The notes under the pieces were generated by a model that ran no database searches, was not told the origin of the DNA, and saw only the letters and a program-made list of their open reading frames with translations. A stretch of 64,000 nt of DNA, taken from positions 3,519 to 67,518 of the forward strand of contig JBNKDE010000013.1 of assembly GCA_050288105.1 (NCBI GenBank), in the 5' to 3' direction. Each line of letters starts with the position of its first letter. Position 1 is the stretch's first letter. Origin of the DNA: Gammaproteobacteria bacterium (GTDB lineage Bacteria; Pseudomonadota; Gammaproteobacteria; GCA-001735895). Both the position numbers and the translations under genes were made by a program. This document shows positions 1 to 9,875 of this stretch, one piece after another.

Positions 1-2043
1 GAAGTTATCGTCGGTAATGATTAGATCCGCAGTTTCGCGCGCTACATCAGTACCGGATAAACCCATAGCAACCCCCACATGGGCAGCACGTAACGCGGGC
101 GCATCATTCGCGCCATCACCACTCACCGCAACAAAATGACCATTGCGCTGTAGCGACTGTACGATCTGTAGTTTTTGTTGCGGTTCAATGCGGGCAAACA
201 CTCGACCCTGTGCGGTAAGCGCATCAACTTCCTGCTCTGATTGTGCCTGCTTCAGTTGCTGGCCGGTCACTATCTTTGATTCGCTGTCTGTAAGGTCAAG
301 CTGGCGTGCTATGGAGTAAGCAGTTGCCGGATGATCGCCTGTTACCATCGCGACCTCGATGCCTGCTTGGCGACAACGCTGTATCGACTCTGCAGCCTCT
401 TCACGTAGCGGATCCATCATACCGAGTAAACCCAGCAACGTTAGGCCCGATAACTGCTGCTCCTGGAATTCTTCACCCTCGTTGAAGTTAATCTGACCAC
501 TGGCAATGGCGAGTACCCGGAACCCCTGCTGGGCAAGTTGGTCAGCCTGCTGCTGCAGGCTATCGTGTTGTATCGCGATATCCCCAGATTCAGTCGCCAT
601 TAATTCGCACATTGCAAAAACCTTTTCCCACGCGCCTTTAACGTGTACCGCCCAGGTTTCACCTGATCGATTGAGGCTGGCGCTATACATCCGTTCGGAT
701 TCAAATGGCAATATGGCCTTTTCTTCATGCTCATTGAGCATCTCGACTCGGCTAATGCCAGCCTTATGTGCCATCACCAGCACAGCTACGTCTACTGCAT
801 CACCCTGATGTGCCCAACCACCATCCTGATGACCTAAGGTGGCTTCATTTGATAACACCGATGATTCGCACAGTCGATTTAATAGTGCCTGCTGTGCGGC
901 TGTTGGCGGTTGATCAAATTTAATTTCACCCTGAGGATCTACTGCAGAGCCGGTGACTTCGACCATTGCCTGTTGCGGGAATGCGATTTTCTGAACCGTT
1001 AGCTGATTGACCGTAAGCGTGCCGGTTTTATCAGTAGCAATAAAGGTGCAGGAACCCAGGGATTCCACTGCCAGCAGGCGGCGCACAATCACATTACGTT
1101 TTGCCATCCGGCGCATACCGATCGCCAGTGCTACGGTCAGTGCTACCGGTAAGCCTTCGGGTATGGCTGAAACCGCTAGTGCTACCGCGAGTAAAAAAAT
1201 CTCGGATAGCTGCATACCCTGATAGAACGCGACAATGGCCATGATCATCGCTGCCACGCCCACCAGAATTGCAACCCAGTGTGTGAAGCGTTCCATACGT
1301 ATTAATAAAGGGGCCTTAGCAGAGGGTTTATTCAGTACCGACTGAGCGATAGCTCCCAGTTCGGTATTCAGTGCAGTAGCGACAACAACACCCCGACCTC
1401 GACCCCGTTGCACCATGGAGCCAGCAAATGCCATATTCAATCGATCACCCAGGCCAGCTTCTTCAGCAGACAGGGTTTCAGGTTTCTTGAGTATGGCCTG
1501 CGATTCCCCCGTGAGTAATGATTCATCGACTTCCAGTCCATGACCGGCAAGGAGACGGACGTCAGCAGGGATCTTGTCGCCCGAGCCAAACAGCAGGATA
1601 TCCCCAGGAACCAGTTGTTCAGCATTAATCAGATAAGTATCGCCTTCGCGCATCACCTGGCATTGCGCGGTCACCAGCTTACTGAGCGCACTGGCAGCAC
1701 GTTGTGCGGAAAACTCCTGAATGGTACCAATCAGTGCATTGATCAATAACACTGCGCTAATGAAAATGGCATCGGACCATTCTTCAATGGCTATGGATAG
1801 AACCGCTGCAGCAAGTAATACATAGATTAGCGGACTGACAAACTGACGCAGAAAAATGATGAATATCCCAGGAGGATCAGGTTCTGGAAACCGGTTAAGA
1901 CCATACTGTTGAATTCTTTTTTCTACTTCTTCCTGCTCTAGTCCATGGATAGAAGAGTCGTATTGCTCTATACACTGCTGAGCAGAAAGCGTGTGAGGAA
2001 GCGGATTGTCAGATTGTTTCATGGATCCAGCTCGTCGGGACAT
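1..2043 (-). CDS. P-type cation-transporting ATPase (Mg2+/Ca2+-type), 5'-partial; C-terminus runs off the window
   Basis: The reverse-strand translation gives the GDGANDAPALRAAHVGVAMG P-type ATPase hinge motif near bp 60-120. The N-terminus reads MSRRAGSMKQSDNPLPHTLSAQQCIEQYDSSIHGLEQEEVEKRIQQYGLNRFPEP, ending at the cat at 2041-2043. The ORF is missing from the six-frame track because it runs off the window edge. Confidence 0.85.
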   Translation of the reverse strand, partial: MSRRAGSMKQSDNPLPHTLSAQQCIEQYDSSIHGLEQEEVEKRIQQYGLNRFPEPDPPGIFIIFLRQFVSPLIYVLLAAAVLSIAIEEWSDAIFISAVLLINALIGTIQEFSAQRAASALSKLVTAQCQVMREGDTYLINAEQLVPGDILLFGSGDKIPADVRLLAGHGLEVDESLLTGESQAILKKPETLSAEEAGLGDRLNMAFAGSMVQRGRGRGVVVATALNTELGAIAQSVLNKPSAKAPLLIRMERFTHWVAILVGVAAMIMAIVAFYQGMQLSEIFLLAVALAVSAIPEGLPVALTVALAIGMRRMAKRNVIVRRLLAVESLGSCTFIATDKTGTLTVNQLTVQKIAFPQQAMVEVTGSAVDPQGEIKFDQPPTAAQQALLNRLCESSVLSNEATLGHQDGGWAHQGDAVDVAVLVMAHKAGISRVEMLNEHEEKAILPFESERMYSASLNRSGETWAVHVKGAWEKVFAMCELMATESGDIAIQHDSLQQQADQLAQQGFRVLAIASGQINFNEGEEFQEQQLSGLTLLGLLGMMDPLREEAAESIQRCRQAGIEVAMVTGDHPATAYSIARQLDLTDSESKIVTGQQLKQAQSEQEVDALTAQGRVFARIEPQQKLQIVQSLQRNGHFVAVSGDGANDAPALRAAHVGVAMGLSGTDVARETADLIITDDNF

Positions 2044-2218
2044 TTAACAATAATTATACAGCCCACCTTTGTTATCGGTCACGCAGTCGACCGCAAACAC
2101 GACTGATATCAGTTAAACCGTGAAAAAGGCTTACATTTAAACAAAGTTGGACGGGCGGTATTGTTAGATCTCGTTAGCGATCTGAATGATTGGCAAGCAA
2201 TAGGTGAGCCTTAACTGA

Positions 2219-2556
2219 ACCACCAAACTCAGCCTGTTGTGGAGCGTTTCGAAGTTTGTTGTTTCTGTTCGTGTAGAGTTTCACACGCCAAAGTAGTCTG
2301 GTCTCTGTAGCTTAGATAGTGCTGGCGTGCGAGTCCCTTTCTTTTGCCCGCCCCAAAGAAAGAGACGAAAGAAAAGGGCGCCCCACTGGAGCGGCCTGCG
2401 GCTCCCCGAAAATCGAACCATTTAGCAAGGCACCGACAGACTCGCATCCCAGCTCGACTGTCCTCAGCGCACGTCCGTGTGCGCTGACCTTACTAAATGG
2501 CCCGATTTTCGGCACTCCAGAAGGGTAGATAAAACCAGCAGTTACATTCACGTTTA
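2219..2556 (-). repeat. Structured repeat element E1, copy A, in reverse orientation relative to copy C
   Basis: Roughly 93% identical to the reverse complement of 50108-50443. It contains the hairpin cagcgcacgtccgtgtgcgctg and the long-range helix ccgaaaatcgRRccatttagtaagg / ccttgctaaatggttcgattttcgg. Confidence 0.8.
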
Positions 2557-2663
2557 GCCTTCATTACCAAAGTTAGTAAAGGTTTAGACGCGGCAGGTGA
2601 TTCGGAATTTTAGCTGTCAAACTCCATAACATAGCTGAAATAGATGAGTAATCATGTAACGGA

Positions 2664-2693
2664 AAAACCGGGGCGTATTAACACCCCGGTTTA
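2664..2693 (-). terminator. Rho-independent terminator downstream of prpF
   Basis: GC hairpin aaaccggggtg-ttaata-cgccccggttt on the minus strand, followed by a T-run. Confidence 0.7.
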
Positions 2694-2731
2694 GGGTGTA
2701 CTTTTTGATCGAAGTGGAATGTGGACGAATG

Positions 2732-3910
2732 TTAAAAACTATCGCCAGGCACCCGTACCCAGCCTTCCATTAATACTCTGGCACTGCGACTCATGGCAAC
2801 CTTGTTAACTGTCCACTTGCCATTAACTTCAGTCGCTTCTGCACCTACCTTTAAGGTGCCAGAGGGATGACCGAAAACCACCGTGTCGCGTTCACCACCA
2901 CCCGCAGCCAGGTTCACCAGGGTGCCTGGTATGGTGGCTGCAGTACCGATAGCGACTGCTGCGGTGCCCATCATCGCATGGTGTAATTTACCCATTGATA
3001 ATGCGCGTACGTTCAGATCGATATCGCCCTCGCCAATCGCTTTGCCACTGGAAGCGGTATACGATTGCGCAGGGGATACAAAAGCTACCTTGGGGGTATG
3101 CTGACGTGCGGCTGCTTCTTCAATTTTTTCAATCAGTCCCATTTTGATTGCGCCATGTGCACGGATGGTTTCAAACATCGCCAGTGCTTTTTCATCATTA
3201 TTGATCGCATCCTGCAGCTCGGTTCCGCTATAGTTGATATCCGCTGCATTCAAAAAGATGGTGGGAATGCCGGCGTTGATCAGCGTCGCTTTGAAAGTAC
3301 CCACACCAGGGACTTCAAGGTCATCTACCAGATTACCAGTCGGGAACATATCGCCTTCGCCATCAGCAGGGTCAACAAACTCAACCTTAACCTCAGCCGC
3401 CGGGAAGGTTACGCCATCCAGTTCAAAATCGCCGGTTTCCTGAACTTCTCCATTGGTCATGGGGACATGTGCAATTATTGTCTTTTTAATGTTCGCCTGC
3501 CAGATACGAACCACTGCGACACCATTTTCGGGTACACGCTCAGCATCAACCAGACCACTGCTAATAGCAAAAGAACCCACAGCAGCGGTCAGGTTGCCGC
3601 AGTTACCACTCCAGTCGACAAAAGGCTTGTCGATGGAAACCTGTCCGAACAGGTAGTCCACGTCATGATCGGGCTGACTGCTTTTGGACAGGATCACCGT
3701 CTTACTGGTACTGGAGGTTGCGCCGCCCATACCATCGGTTTGTTTGCCGTAAGGGTCAGGGCTACCGATTACGCGCAGTAATAACTTGTCGCGTGCTTCA
3801 CCCGCAACATGTGCAGCTTCGGGTAAATCACTCAACTTAAAGAAAACGCCTTTACTAGTACCGCCACGAATATAGGTAGCAGGAATCCTGATTTGAGGGA
3901 TAAATGTCAT
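2732..3910 (-). CDS. prpF: 2-methylaconitate isomerase PrpF
   Basis: 393 aa PrpF/AcnD-accessory family with a GGTSKG-containing N-terminus. It lies directly downstream of acnD. Start chosen at the internal Met (MTFIPQIRIP), because the longer ORF would read through repeat R1. Confidence 0.85.
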   Translation of the reverse strand: MTFIPQIRIPATYIRGGTSKGVFFKLSDLPEAAHVAGEARDKLLLRVIGSPDPYGKQTDGMGGATSSTSKTVILSKSSQPDHDVDYLFGQVSIDKPFVDWSGNCGNLTAAVGSFAISSGLVDAERVPENGVAVVRIWQANIKKTIIAHVPMTNGEVQETGDFELDGVTFPAAEVKVEFVDPADGEGDMFPTGNLVDDLEVPGVGTFKATLINAGIPTIFLNAADINYSGTELQDAINNDEKALAMFETIRAHGAIKMGLIEKIEEAAARQHTPKVAFVSPAQSYTASSGKAIGEGDIDLNVRALSMGKLHHAMMGTAAVAIGTAATIPGTLVNLAAGGGERDTVVFGHPSGTLKVGAEATEVNGKWTVNKVAMSRSARVLMEGWVRVPGDSF

Positions 3911-3928
3911 TGTATTAATCTCTTGTTT

Positions 3929-4000
3929 AACCACAGAGAACACGGAGTACACAGAGTAAAATATTGTTTACCATTAAATACCTCTGTGCTCTCTGTGGTT
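3929..4000. repeat. Heptamer-TIR intergenic repeat (CACAGAG family) R1, between acnD and prpF
   Basis: Left end aaccacagagaacacggagtacacagag, right end cctctgtgctctctgtggtt. The ends form an inverted repeat around a short AT-rich core. Confidence 0.8.
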
Positions 4001-4011
4001 GATATGTTTTA

Positions 4012-6600
4012 TTACTGATTTGATTCCAGGAAGTCCTGTGCAAAGCGTTGCAGTACGCCACCAGCGGCATAGACATGGACTTCTTCCGCGGTATCCAGAC
4101 GGCAGGTAACCGGAATTTCTACGCGTTCACCATTGGCGCGGTTCATCACCACGGTGAGATCGGCACGTGGTGCGATGTCACCAATCACGTCATAGGTTTC
4201 GGTGCCATCGATGTTATACGTATGGCGATTTTCACCCGCTTTAAATTCCAGTGGCAGCACACCCATCCCGACCAGGTTGGTGCGATGGATACGTTCGAAG
4301 CCTTCAGCGACGATCGCTTCAACACCGGCCAGTCTGACCCCTTTGGCAGCCCAGTCACGTGAAGAGCCCTGACCATAATCTGCACCCGCGATAATGATCA
4401 ATGGCTGTTTACGTTGCATATAGGTTTCAATCGCTTCCCACATGCGGCTTTCGGTGCCTTCGGGTTCGATGCGTGCGAGTGAACCCTGTTTAATCTCGCC
4501 GTTCTCGTCACGACACATTTCATTCAGCAACTTCGGATTGGCGAAGGTGGCGCGCTGAGCAGTCAGGTGGTCACCGCGATGGGTCGCATAGGAATTAAAA
4601 TCTTCTTCCGGCAGGCCCATCTTATGCAGGTAGGCACCCGCAGCACTGTTTAACATGATCGCATTAGATGGAGACAGATGATCGGTCGTAATGTTGTCAC
4701 CCAGCACGGCCAGTGGGCGCATGCCTTTCATGGTGCGTTCACCCGCCAGTGCGCCTTCCCAGTAGGGTGGGCGGCGGATATAGGTACTTTGTGGACGCCA
4801 GTCGTAGAGTGGGCTCTTGGCTTCTTCCACCTGACCCAGGTCGAACATCGGATCATAGATTTGATGGAATTGTTCGGGTTTGACACTGCTGGCAACAATG
4901 GCGTCGATCTCTTCATCGCTGGGCCAGATGTCTTTCAGGGTAATGGGGTTGCCATCTTTGTCAGTGCCCAGTGCATCCTGTTCGATGTCGAAACGAATGG
5001 TGCCTGCAATCGCATAAGCAACCACCAGTGGCGGCGAAGCGAGGAATGCCTGTTTGGCGTAAGGATGGATACGGCCGTCAAAGTTACGATTCCCGGATAA
5101 CACGGCGGTGGCATATAGATCGCGATCGATGATTTCCTGCTGGATCTTTGGATCGAGTGCGCCGCTCATGCCGTTACAGGTGGTACAGGCGTAGGCGACG
5201 ATGCCAAAGCCCAGTTTTTCCATCTCGGATAACAGGCCAGCTTCTTCCAGGTAAAGCTTTGCTACCTTGGAGCCAGGCGCGAACGAGGATTTGACCCAGG
5301 GCTTGCGCAGTAGTCCCAGCTCATTGGCCTTACGCGCTACCAGACCGGCGGCGACGACATTGCGTGGGTTACTGGTATTCGTACAGCTGGTGATGGCAGC
5401 GATGATGACTGCGCCATCGGGTAATTCACCTTCCTTCTCTTCCCATTTACCGGCAATGCCTCGAGACTCAAGATCAGAAGTAGGCAGGCGTCGGTGTGGA
5501 TTAGATGGCCCTGCCATGTTGCGGCATACCGAAGATAAATCGAATTCCAGTACGCGCTCGTATTCAACATTGGCCAGGTCATCCGCCCACAGGCCAGTCA
5601 GTTTGGCGTATTGTTCAACCAGTGCGACCTGCTCGGGTTCGCGTCCGGTCAGCTTCAGGTAATCGATGGTTTGCTCGTCGATATAAAACAGGCCCGCGGA
5701 AGCGCCAAACTCGGGCGTCATGTTAGAGATGGTCGCACGGTCACCAATGGTCAGGTTAGCGGCGCCTTCACCGAAGAATTCCAGATAAGCAGAAACAACC
5801 CTCTCGTTACGCAGGAATTCGGTCAGAGCCAGTACGATATCGGTGGCAGTAATGCCGGGCTGGCGTTTACCCACCAGTTTGACGCCGATGATATCGGGCA
5901 GGCGCATCATCGAAGGACGACCCAGCATCACGGTTTCGGCTTCCAGACCGCCCACACCAATCGCAATAACACCCAACGCATCGACATGCGGGGTATGGCT
6001 GTCGGTGCCGACGCAGGTATCCGGATAAGCTACGCCGTCGCGGGTTTGTACCACCGGAGACATCTTTTCCAGGTTGATCTGGTGCATGATGCCGTTACCG
6101 GCCGGGATCACATCGACATTCTTGAATGCGGTTTTGGTCCATTCGATAAAATGAAAGCGGTCTTCGTTACGGCGATCTTCAATCGCGCGATTCTTTTCGA
6201 AGGCATCCGCCTCAAAGCCTGCGTGCTCCACCGCCAGCGAATGGTCGACGATCAACTGGGTGGGGACGACCGGGTTTACCTCGGCAGGGTCACCACCTTT
6301 GTCCGCGATTGCATCGCGCAGACCGGCCAGGTCCACCAGTGCAGTCTGGCCGAGGATGTCATGACAAACCACACGCGCCGGATACCAGGGGAAATCCAGG
6401 TCACGCTTGCGTTCGATCAGCTGCTTGAGCGAATCGGTCAGTGCCTCGGGCTCACAACGACGCACCAGCTGTTCAGCCAGCACGCGCGAAGTGTAGGGCA
6501 GTGTTGCATAGGCACCGGGCTGAATGTCTTCAATTGCGGCGCGCGTATCAAAATAATCGAGCTGGGTTTCGGGCAATGGCTTGCGGTATTGGGTATTCAT
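4012..6600 (-). CDS. acnD: Fe-S-dependent 2-methylcitrate dehydratase AcnD (aconitase family)
   Basis: 862 aa aconitase-family protein sitting in the classic AcnD+PrpF arrangement. Confidence 0.9.
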   Translation of the reverse strand: MNTQYRKPLPETQLDYFDTRAAIEDIQPGAYATLPYTSRVLAEQLVRRCEPEALTDSLKQLIERKRDLDFPWYPARVVCHDILGQTALVDLAGLRDAIADKGGDPAEVNPVVPTQLIVDHSLAVEHAGFEADAFEKNRAIEDRRNEDRFHFIEWTKTAFKNVDVIPAGNGIMHQINLEKMSPVVQTRDGVAYPDTCVGTDSHTPHVDALGVIAIGVGGLEAETVMLGRPSMMRLPDIIGVKLVGKRQPGITATDIVLALTEFLRNERVVSAYLEFFGEGAANLTIGDRATISNMTPEFGASAGLFYIDEQTIDYLKLTGREPEQVALVEQYAKLTGLWADDLANVEYERVLEFDLSSVCRNMAGPSNPHRRLPTSDLESRGIAGKWEEKEGELPDGAVIIAAITSCTNTSNPRNVVAAGLVARKANELGLLRKPWVKSSFAPGSKVAKLYLEEAGLLSEMEKLGFGIVAYACTTCNGMSGALDPKIQQEIIDRDLYATAVLSGNRNFDGRIHPYAKQAFLASPPLVVAYAIAGTIRFDIEQDALGTDKDGNPITLKDIWPSDEEIDAIVASSVKPEQFHQIYDPMFDLGQVEEAKSPLYDWRPQSTYIRRPPYWEGALAGERTMKGMRPLAVLGDNITTDHLSPSNAIMLNSAAGAYLHKMGLPEEDFNSYATHRGDHLTAQRATFANPKLLNEMCRDENGEIKQGSLARIEPEGTESRMWEAIETYMQRKQPLIIIAGADYGQGSSRDWAAKGVRLAGVEAIVAEGFERIHRTNLVGMGVLPLEFKAGENRHTYNIDGTETYDVIGDIAPRADLTVVMNRANGERVEIPVTCRLDTAEEVHVYAAGGVLQRFAQDFLESNQ

Positions 6601-7295
6601 TTTGTGGCCCTCTTGATGGCATTAATATGGTTAATTAGATTTTTTTCCAGATTGCGACGGGTGTATAAAATATGACGACGCATCAGAATTTCAGCCAGTT
6701 CGGCATCACGATTCGAAATGGCCTGAACGATTTGTTTATGCTCGTCGAACGCGGTAGTGATGCGCGGCCCGGCCATCCCCAACTGCACGCGGTACATGCG
6801 GATCAGGTGATAGATGCCATTCATCAATTCAGAAATCAGGTGGCGGTTTTTGCTACCGAGCATGATGCGATAATGAAAATCGACATCTCCAGCCTCCTGG
6901 TAATAGGTTTCGCCGCCTTTAACGGTCTGGAAATGGGTCGTTAACAAGGCGTTCAAATCGGAGATTTCGGTATCCGTCATATGCTCAGCGGCCAGGCGCG
7001 CGGCCATGCCTTCCAGCGCCTCCCGCACCTGGTACAGTTCACCCAGACCTTCGATAGTCAAAGCAACCACGCGATAACCGACATTAGCCTTGCGCTCGAC
7101 CAGATGGCAGGTCTCCAGTCGATTCAGAGATTCGCGTACCACGGCACGGCTGACGGCGTATTTTGTCGACAACTCGGTTTCACTCAGCTTGGAACCAGAC
7201 GCGATGACACCCTCAACAATATCCGACCGCAGCTGGATAAAGGTCTTATCCGCAACCGTTACAGGCTGATCGGTGAAGTGCAGGATCGATGTCAC
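6597..7295 (-). CDS. GntR-family transcriptional regulator, likely propionate-locus regulator
   Basis: GntR HTH followed by an FCD-like C-terminus. Its stop overlaps the acnD start. The probable start is GTG at 7293-7295, preceded by aggag; the longer ATG ORF reading is less likely. Confidence 0.75.
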   Translation of the reverse strand: MTSILHFTDQPVTVADKTFIQLRSDIVEGVIASGSKLSETELSTKYAVSRAVVRESLNRLETCHLVERKANVGYRVVALTIEGLGELYQVREALEGMAARLAAEHMTDTEISDLNALLTTHFQTVKGGETYYQEAGDVDFHYRIMLGSKNRHLISELMNGIYHLIRMYRVQLGMAGPRITTAFDEHKQIVQAISNRDAELAEILMRRHILYTRRNLEKNLINHINAIKRATK

Positions 7296-7315
7296 TGAGA
7301 TATCTCCTCGTTTAA

Positions 7316-7377
7316 TTGTCGACAATATAAGCAAATTTAGTCTCAAGTTCTACCCTTAAAGCCGATATTGTCGACAA
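7316..7377. promoter_or_regulatory. Two perfect TTGTCGACAA palindromes (7316-7325, 7368-7377) upstream of the GntR gene; candidate operator
   Basis: Both palindromes are visible in the sequence just upstream of the regulator RBS. Function is inferred. Confidence 0.45.
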
Positions 7378-7442
7378 AAGTTAAGAATGATTCTTTATAT
7401 ATTGAGAATTTTTTGCGTTTATTAGTAGGTTTTAAAAGAAAT

Positions 7443-7576
7443 TAACCACAGAGGACACCGAGAACACGGAGAATGATTAGATAGGTTATCAGGCGCTACT
7501 TAAAATTTTATTTATCTAAGCGACTCAGATTTAGAAAAACCAGAATACCTCTGTGCTCTCCGTGTCCTCTGTGGTT
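7443..7576. repeat. Heptamer-TIR repeat R2
   Basis: Left end taaccacagaggacaccgagaacacggag, right end cctctgtgctctccgtgtcctctgtggtt. Confidence 0.85.
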
Positions 7577-7619
7577 AAATTCTGTTAACGATGGAAAAAA
7601 TGTATCCGCAAAAGAATCT

Positions 7620-8081
7620 ATGAAAATTATTGAAGCTGATTATGCAGATCTGCCACAAGTCGCTGACCTGTTTCGTGAATATCAGCAGTTAATCGGTGTT
7701 GACCTGTGTTTTCAGGGCTTTGAAGAAGAACTGGCCAGCCTGCCGGGCAAGTATGCGCCACCAGCGGGAGCTATTTTCATTGCCATTGATAACAGCGAAT
7801 TGGTTGGTTGTGTGGCGATACGGCCCATCGATCAGCAACAGGCGGAGTTAAAGCGGCTTTATGTGAAACCGGCCTGGCACGGTCAGGGGATTGGCAAGCA
7901 GTTGTTTGAAACCGCCATGTCACGCGCGCAATCGATTGGGTATGGGAGTATTGTGCTGGATACGTTGGAGTCAATGCGCAGCGCTCGGGGGTTGTATCAG
8001 GGGTATGGATTTCGGGAGATTGAAGGGTATTATCATAATCCGGATTCGACGGCTAAGTTTTATCGGTATGATTTTGGGTGA
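7620..8081 (+). CDS. GNAT family N-acetyltransferase
   Basis: 153 aa with an acetyl-CoA binding motif (RLYVKPAWHGQGIGKQL). Confidence 0.8.
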   Translation: MKIIEADYADLPQVADLFREYQQLIGVDLCFQGFEEELASLPGKYAPPAGAIFIAIDNSELVGCVAIRPIDQQQAELKRLYVKPAWHGQGIGKQLFETAMSRAQSIGYGSIVLDTLESMRSARGLYQGYGFREIEGYYHNPDSTAKFYRYDFG

Positions 8082-8180
8082 TCGTTTTTTTGTTTTTTCA
8101 TTATTGGCGTCATCACGAGTACCTGAAGGGCATAAACTCGCGTGGCAATCTTATGGATTGTTAGTAACTGCCCGAATAGT

Positions 8181-8455
8181 GGTTTCACACGCTTACGCTT
8201 TCCTTGCTTCGTAGCGCCTGACGAGTACGCGTGCGAGCCCCTTTTTTGTTTGGCCAAAAAAGAGGCGCAAAAAAGGCCACCCCACCAAGCCCTTCATCGT
8301 CAAAATAGTGCCCAGATCGCGGTCGGCTCAGACGCGGGTCCAACCGCGCTGAGCCTCAAATGGCATCCCTGCCATTTGCCCCCGATCTGAACACCATTTT
8401 GCCGCGGGCTTGAAAGGGGGAATTAAGAAAAGATTTCAAGCAAAGCTTGAAATCT
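8181..8455 (-). repeat. Structured repeat element E2, copy 1, a relative of E1; ends with perfect hairpin agatttcaagcaaagcttgaaatct at 8431-8455
   Basis: Shares with E1 the module tttcacacgc...gcgtgcgag-cccttttt / aaaaaag...ggc and a ctcag...ctgag hairpin. Homologous to 43481-43780. Confidence 0.7.
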
Positions 8456-8460
8456 TTATT

Positions 8461-8745
8461 GTGTTTTTTTCCGCCCTTATTGAGTGCCGAAAATCGAGTC
8501 ATTTTGTAGGGTCAGCGCACATGGACGTGCGCTGAGGACAGTTGAGCAGGATGCGAATCTGTCCGTGCCCTGCAAAATGGCTTGATTTTCGGGGAGCCGC
8601 AGGCCACTCAATTGGGATGTCCTTTTTTTCGTCTCTTTTTTTGGACAAGCAAAAAAAGGGACTTGCACGCCTTTTAGAAAGATACTACGAAGCAAGGACA
8701 GCAAAGGCGTGTGAAACCATAATCCGGAAAGAACAAGAAAACTGA
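8461..8745 (+). repeat. Structured repeat element E1, copy B, truncated at both ends
   Basis: Roughly 80% identical to copy C and carries compensatory substitutions in its helices. It abuts the GST stop codon. Confidence 0.8.
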
Positions 8746-8755
8746 TAAAATTAAG

Positions 8756-9358
8756 TCATCCCTCCAACATAGGAATCCACCCCGGAATCCCTTCCACCCT
8801 CTCCAACCACCTCCGAACCGCAGGATATGGAGCCAGAGAAAAATCACCCTGATCGGCTAGCATGACATAGGGATAACAGGCAATATCCGCAATCGTCGGC
8901 TGCTCTGCCGCTAGCCAGTCGTGCTGGCTTAATTGGTTTTCCATCGCTATCACGCCTGGCTTCGCATCGGCGTGGCATGCTTCGAGATTGAATGGTCGCT
9001 TGAGTACCAGAGCGGCGCGCGCGCGAGCTAAACCGTATAACAATTCATTTTCCGATACTGCAAGCCATTGCATCACACGCGCTTCGCTGAGTGCATCTTC
9101 GGGCAGCCATTGTGTGCCGCCATAGCGACGTGCCAGGTACACCAGAATGGCCATCGAATCCCACAATAAATCATCACCGTCGACTAATACCGGTAGCTGC
9201 CCGCGAGGGTTTATTTGCTTGAACTCGGCGGTTAGCGTTTCGCCTTTAGCGATGTCGATAGGGATGGTTTCATAGTCCAGCTTTAGTATCGATAACATCA
9301 GACGAATCTTGTAGCAATTTCCGGAAAGCGGGAAGTCGTATAGTTTGATGGTAGACAT
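8756..9358 (-). CDS. Glutathione S-transferase
   Basis: 200 aa with GST N- and C-domain features. Confidence 0.8.
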   Translation of the reverse strand: MSTIKLYDFPLSGNCYKIRLMLSILKLDYETIPIDIAKGETLTAEFKQINPRGQLPVLVDGDDLLWDSMAILVYLARRYGGTQWLPEDALSEARVMQWLAVSENELLYGLARARAALVLKRPFNLEACHADAKPGVIAMENQLSQHDWLAAEQPTIADIACYPYVMLADQGDFSLAPYPAVRRWLERVEGIPGWIPMLEG

Positions 9359-9377
9359 GTTTGTTTTCTCACAAATG

Positions 9378-9779
9378 TTAGATGGCCTTTTTTTCTATTA
9401 ATCGCGATTTCTGTGTGCGTCCTTCAAATCCCCAGGCATCCGCACGAACATCATCCAGTACAATATAGCTGGCTGCGGTGAGGGGGCCCAGTATCTCCTG
9501 CAAGTCTGAAAAGACCGCTTTAATGTAACTCGCCTTCTGTTTTTTGGTATTAGTGCCTTCGGTGATTTTAACGTCCAGATAAAAGGTAATCTGCTGTTTG
9601 TCACTGACGGGTACGCCACCCACAAACCAGTGTCTTGGTCGGGTAAATTCAATATCGATTGCAGTGACTTCAGGCTTTTTACCAAGAATATCACGGGTAT
9701 GGGTCATCAGACAGGCAGCGATGCTTTCGGTGTGGGCTGATGATTCTGCAGCTGCGATACGTATATGTAGATAGGGCAT
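9378..9779 (-). CDS. Tautomerase-superfamily protein (4-OT/cis-CaaD-like, Pro1)
   Basis: Begins MPYLHIRI with Pro at position 2. 133 aa. Forms an operon with the GST, divergent from the LysR gene. Confidence 0.65.
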   Translation of the reverse strand: MPYLHIRIAAAESSAHTESIAACLMTHTRDILGKKPEVTAIDIEFTRPRHWFVGGVPVSDKQQITFYLDVKITEGTNTKKQKASYIKAVFSDLQEILGPLTAASYIVLDDVRADAWGFEGRTQKSRLIEKKAI

Positions 9780-9875
9780 ATGGATTTCCTCCAGTTATTG
9801 ACTCATTGGATAAACAGCGTAGTCTTACATGACTTATTAGAGAAACGATTTAATTGAATAACACCTATTCGAATT

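Noticed and set aside
506-1749. Small track ORFs at 506-808, 1007-1222, 1437-1625 and 1540-1749
   Set aside because: All lie inside the unambiguous minus-strand P-type ATPase reading frame, which runs off the window and is therefore missing from the track.
2229-2551. Track ORFs inside E1 copies in the other frames (for example MNVTAGF.../MNATFGF..., 79-111 aa)
   Set aside because: That frame is interrupted by stop codons in copy B. Only the MRVCPCLAKW frame is open in all three copies, and it is reported as a feature of the element rather than as an annotated CDS.
5611-6675. 354-aa plus-strand ORF and other long ORFs antisense to acnD; similar ORFs antisense to prpC (20979-21583) and the SBP (35149-35921)
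   Set aside because: They are fully embedded opposite well-supported conserved genes and show low-complexity Arg/Gly-rich translations with no motifs. They are typical antisense artefacts.
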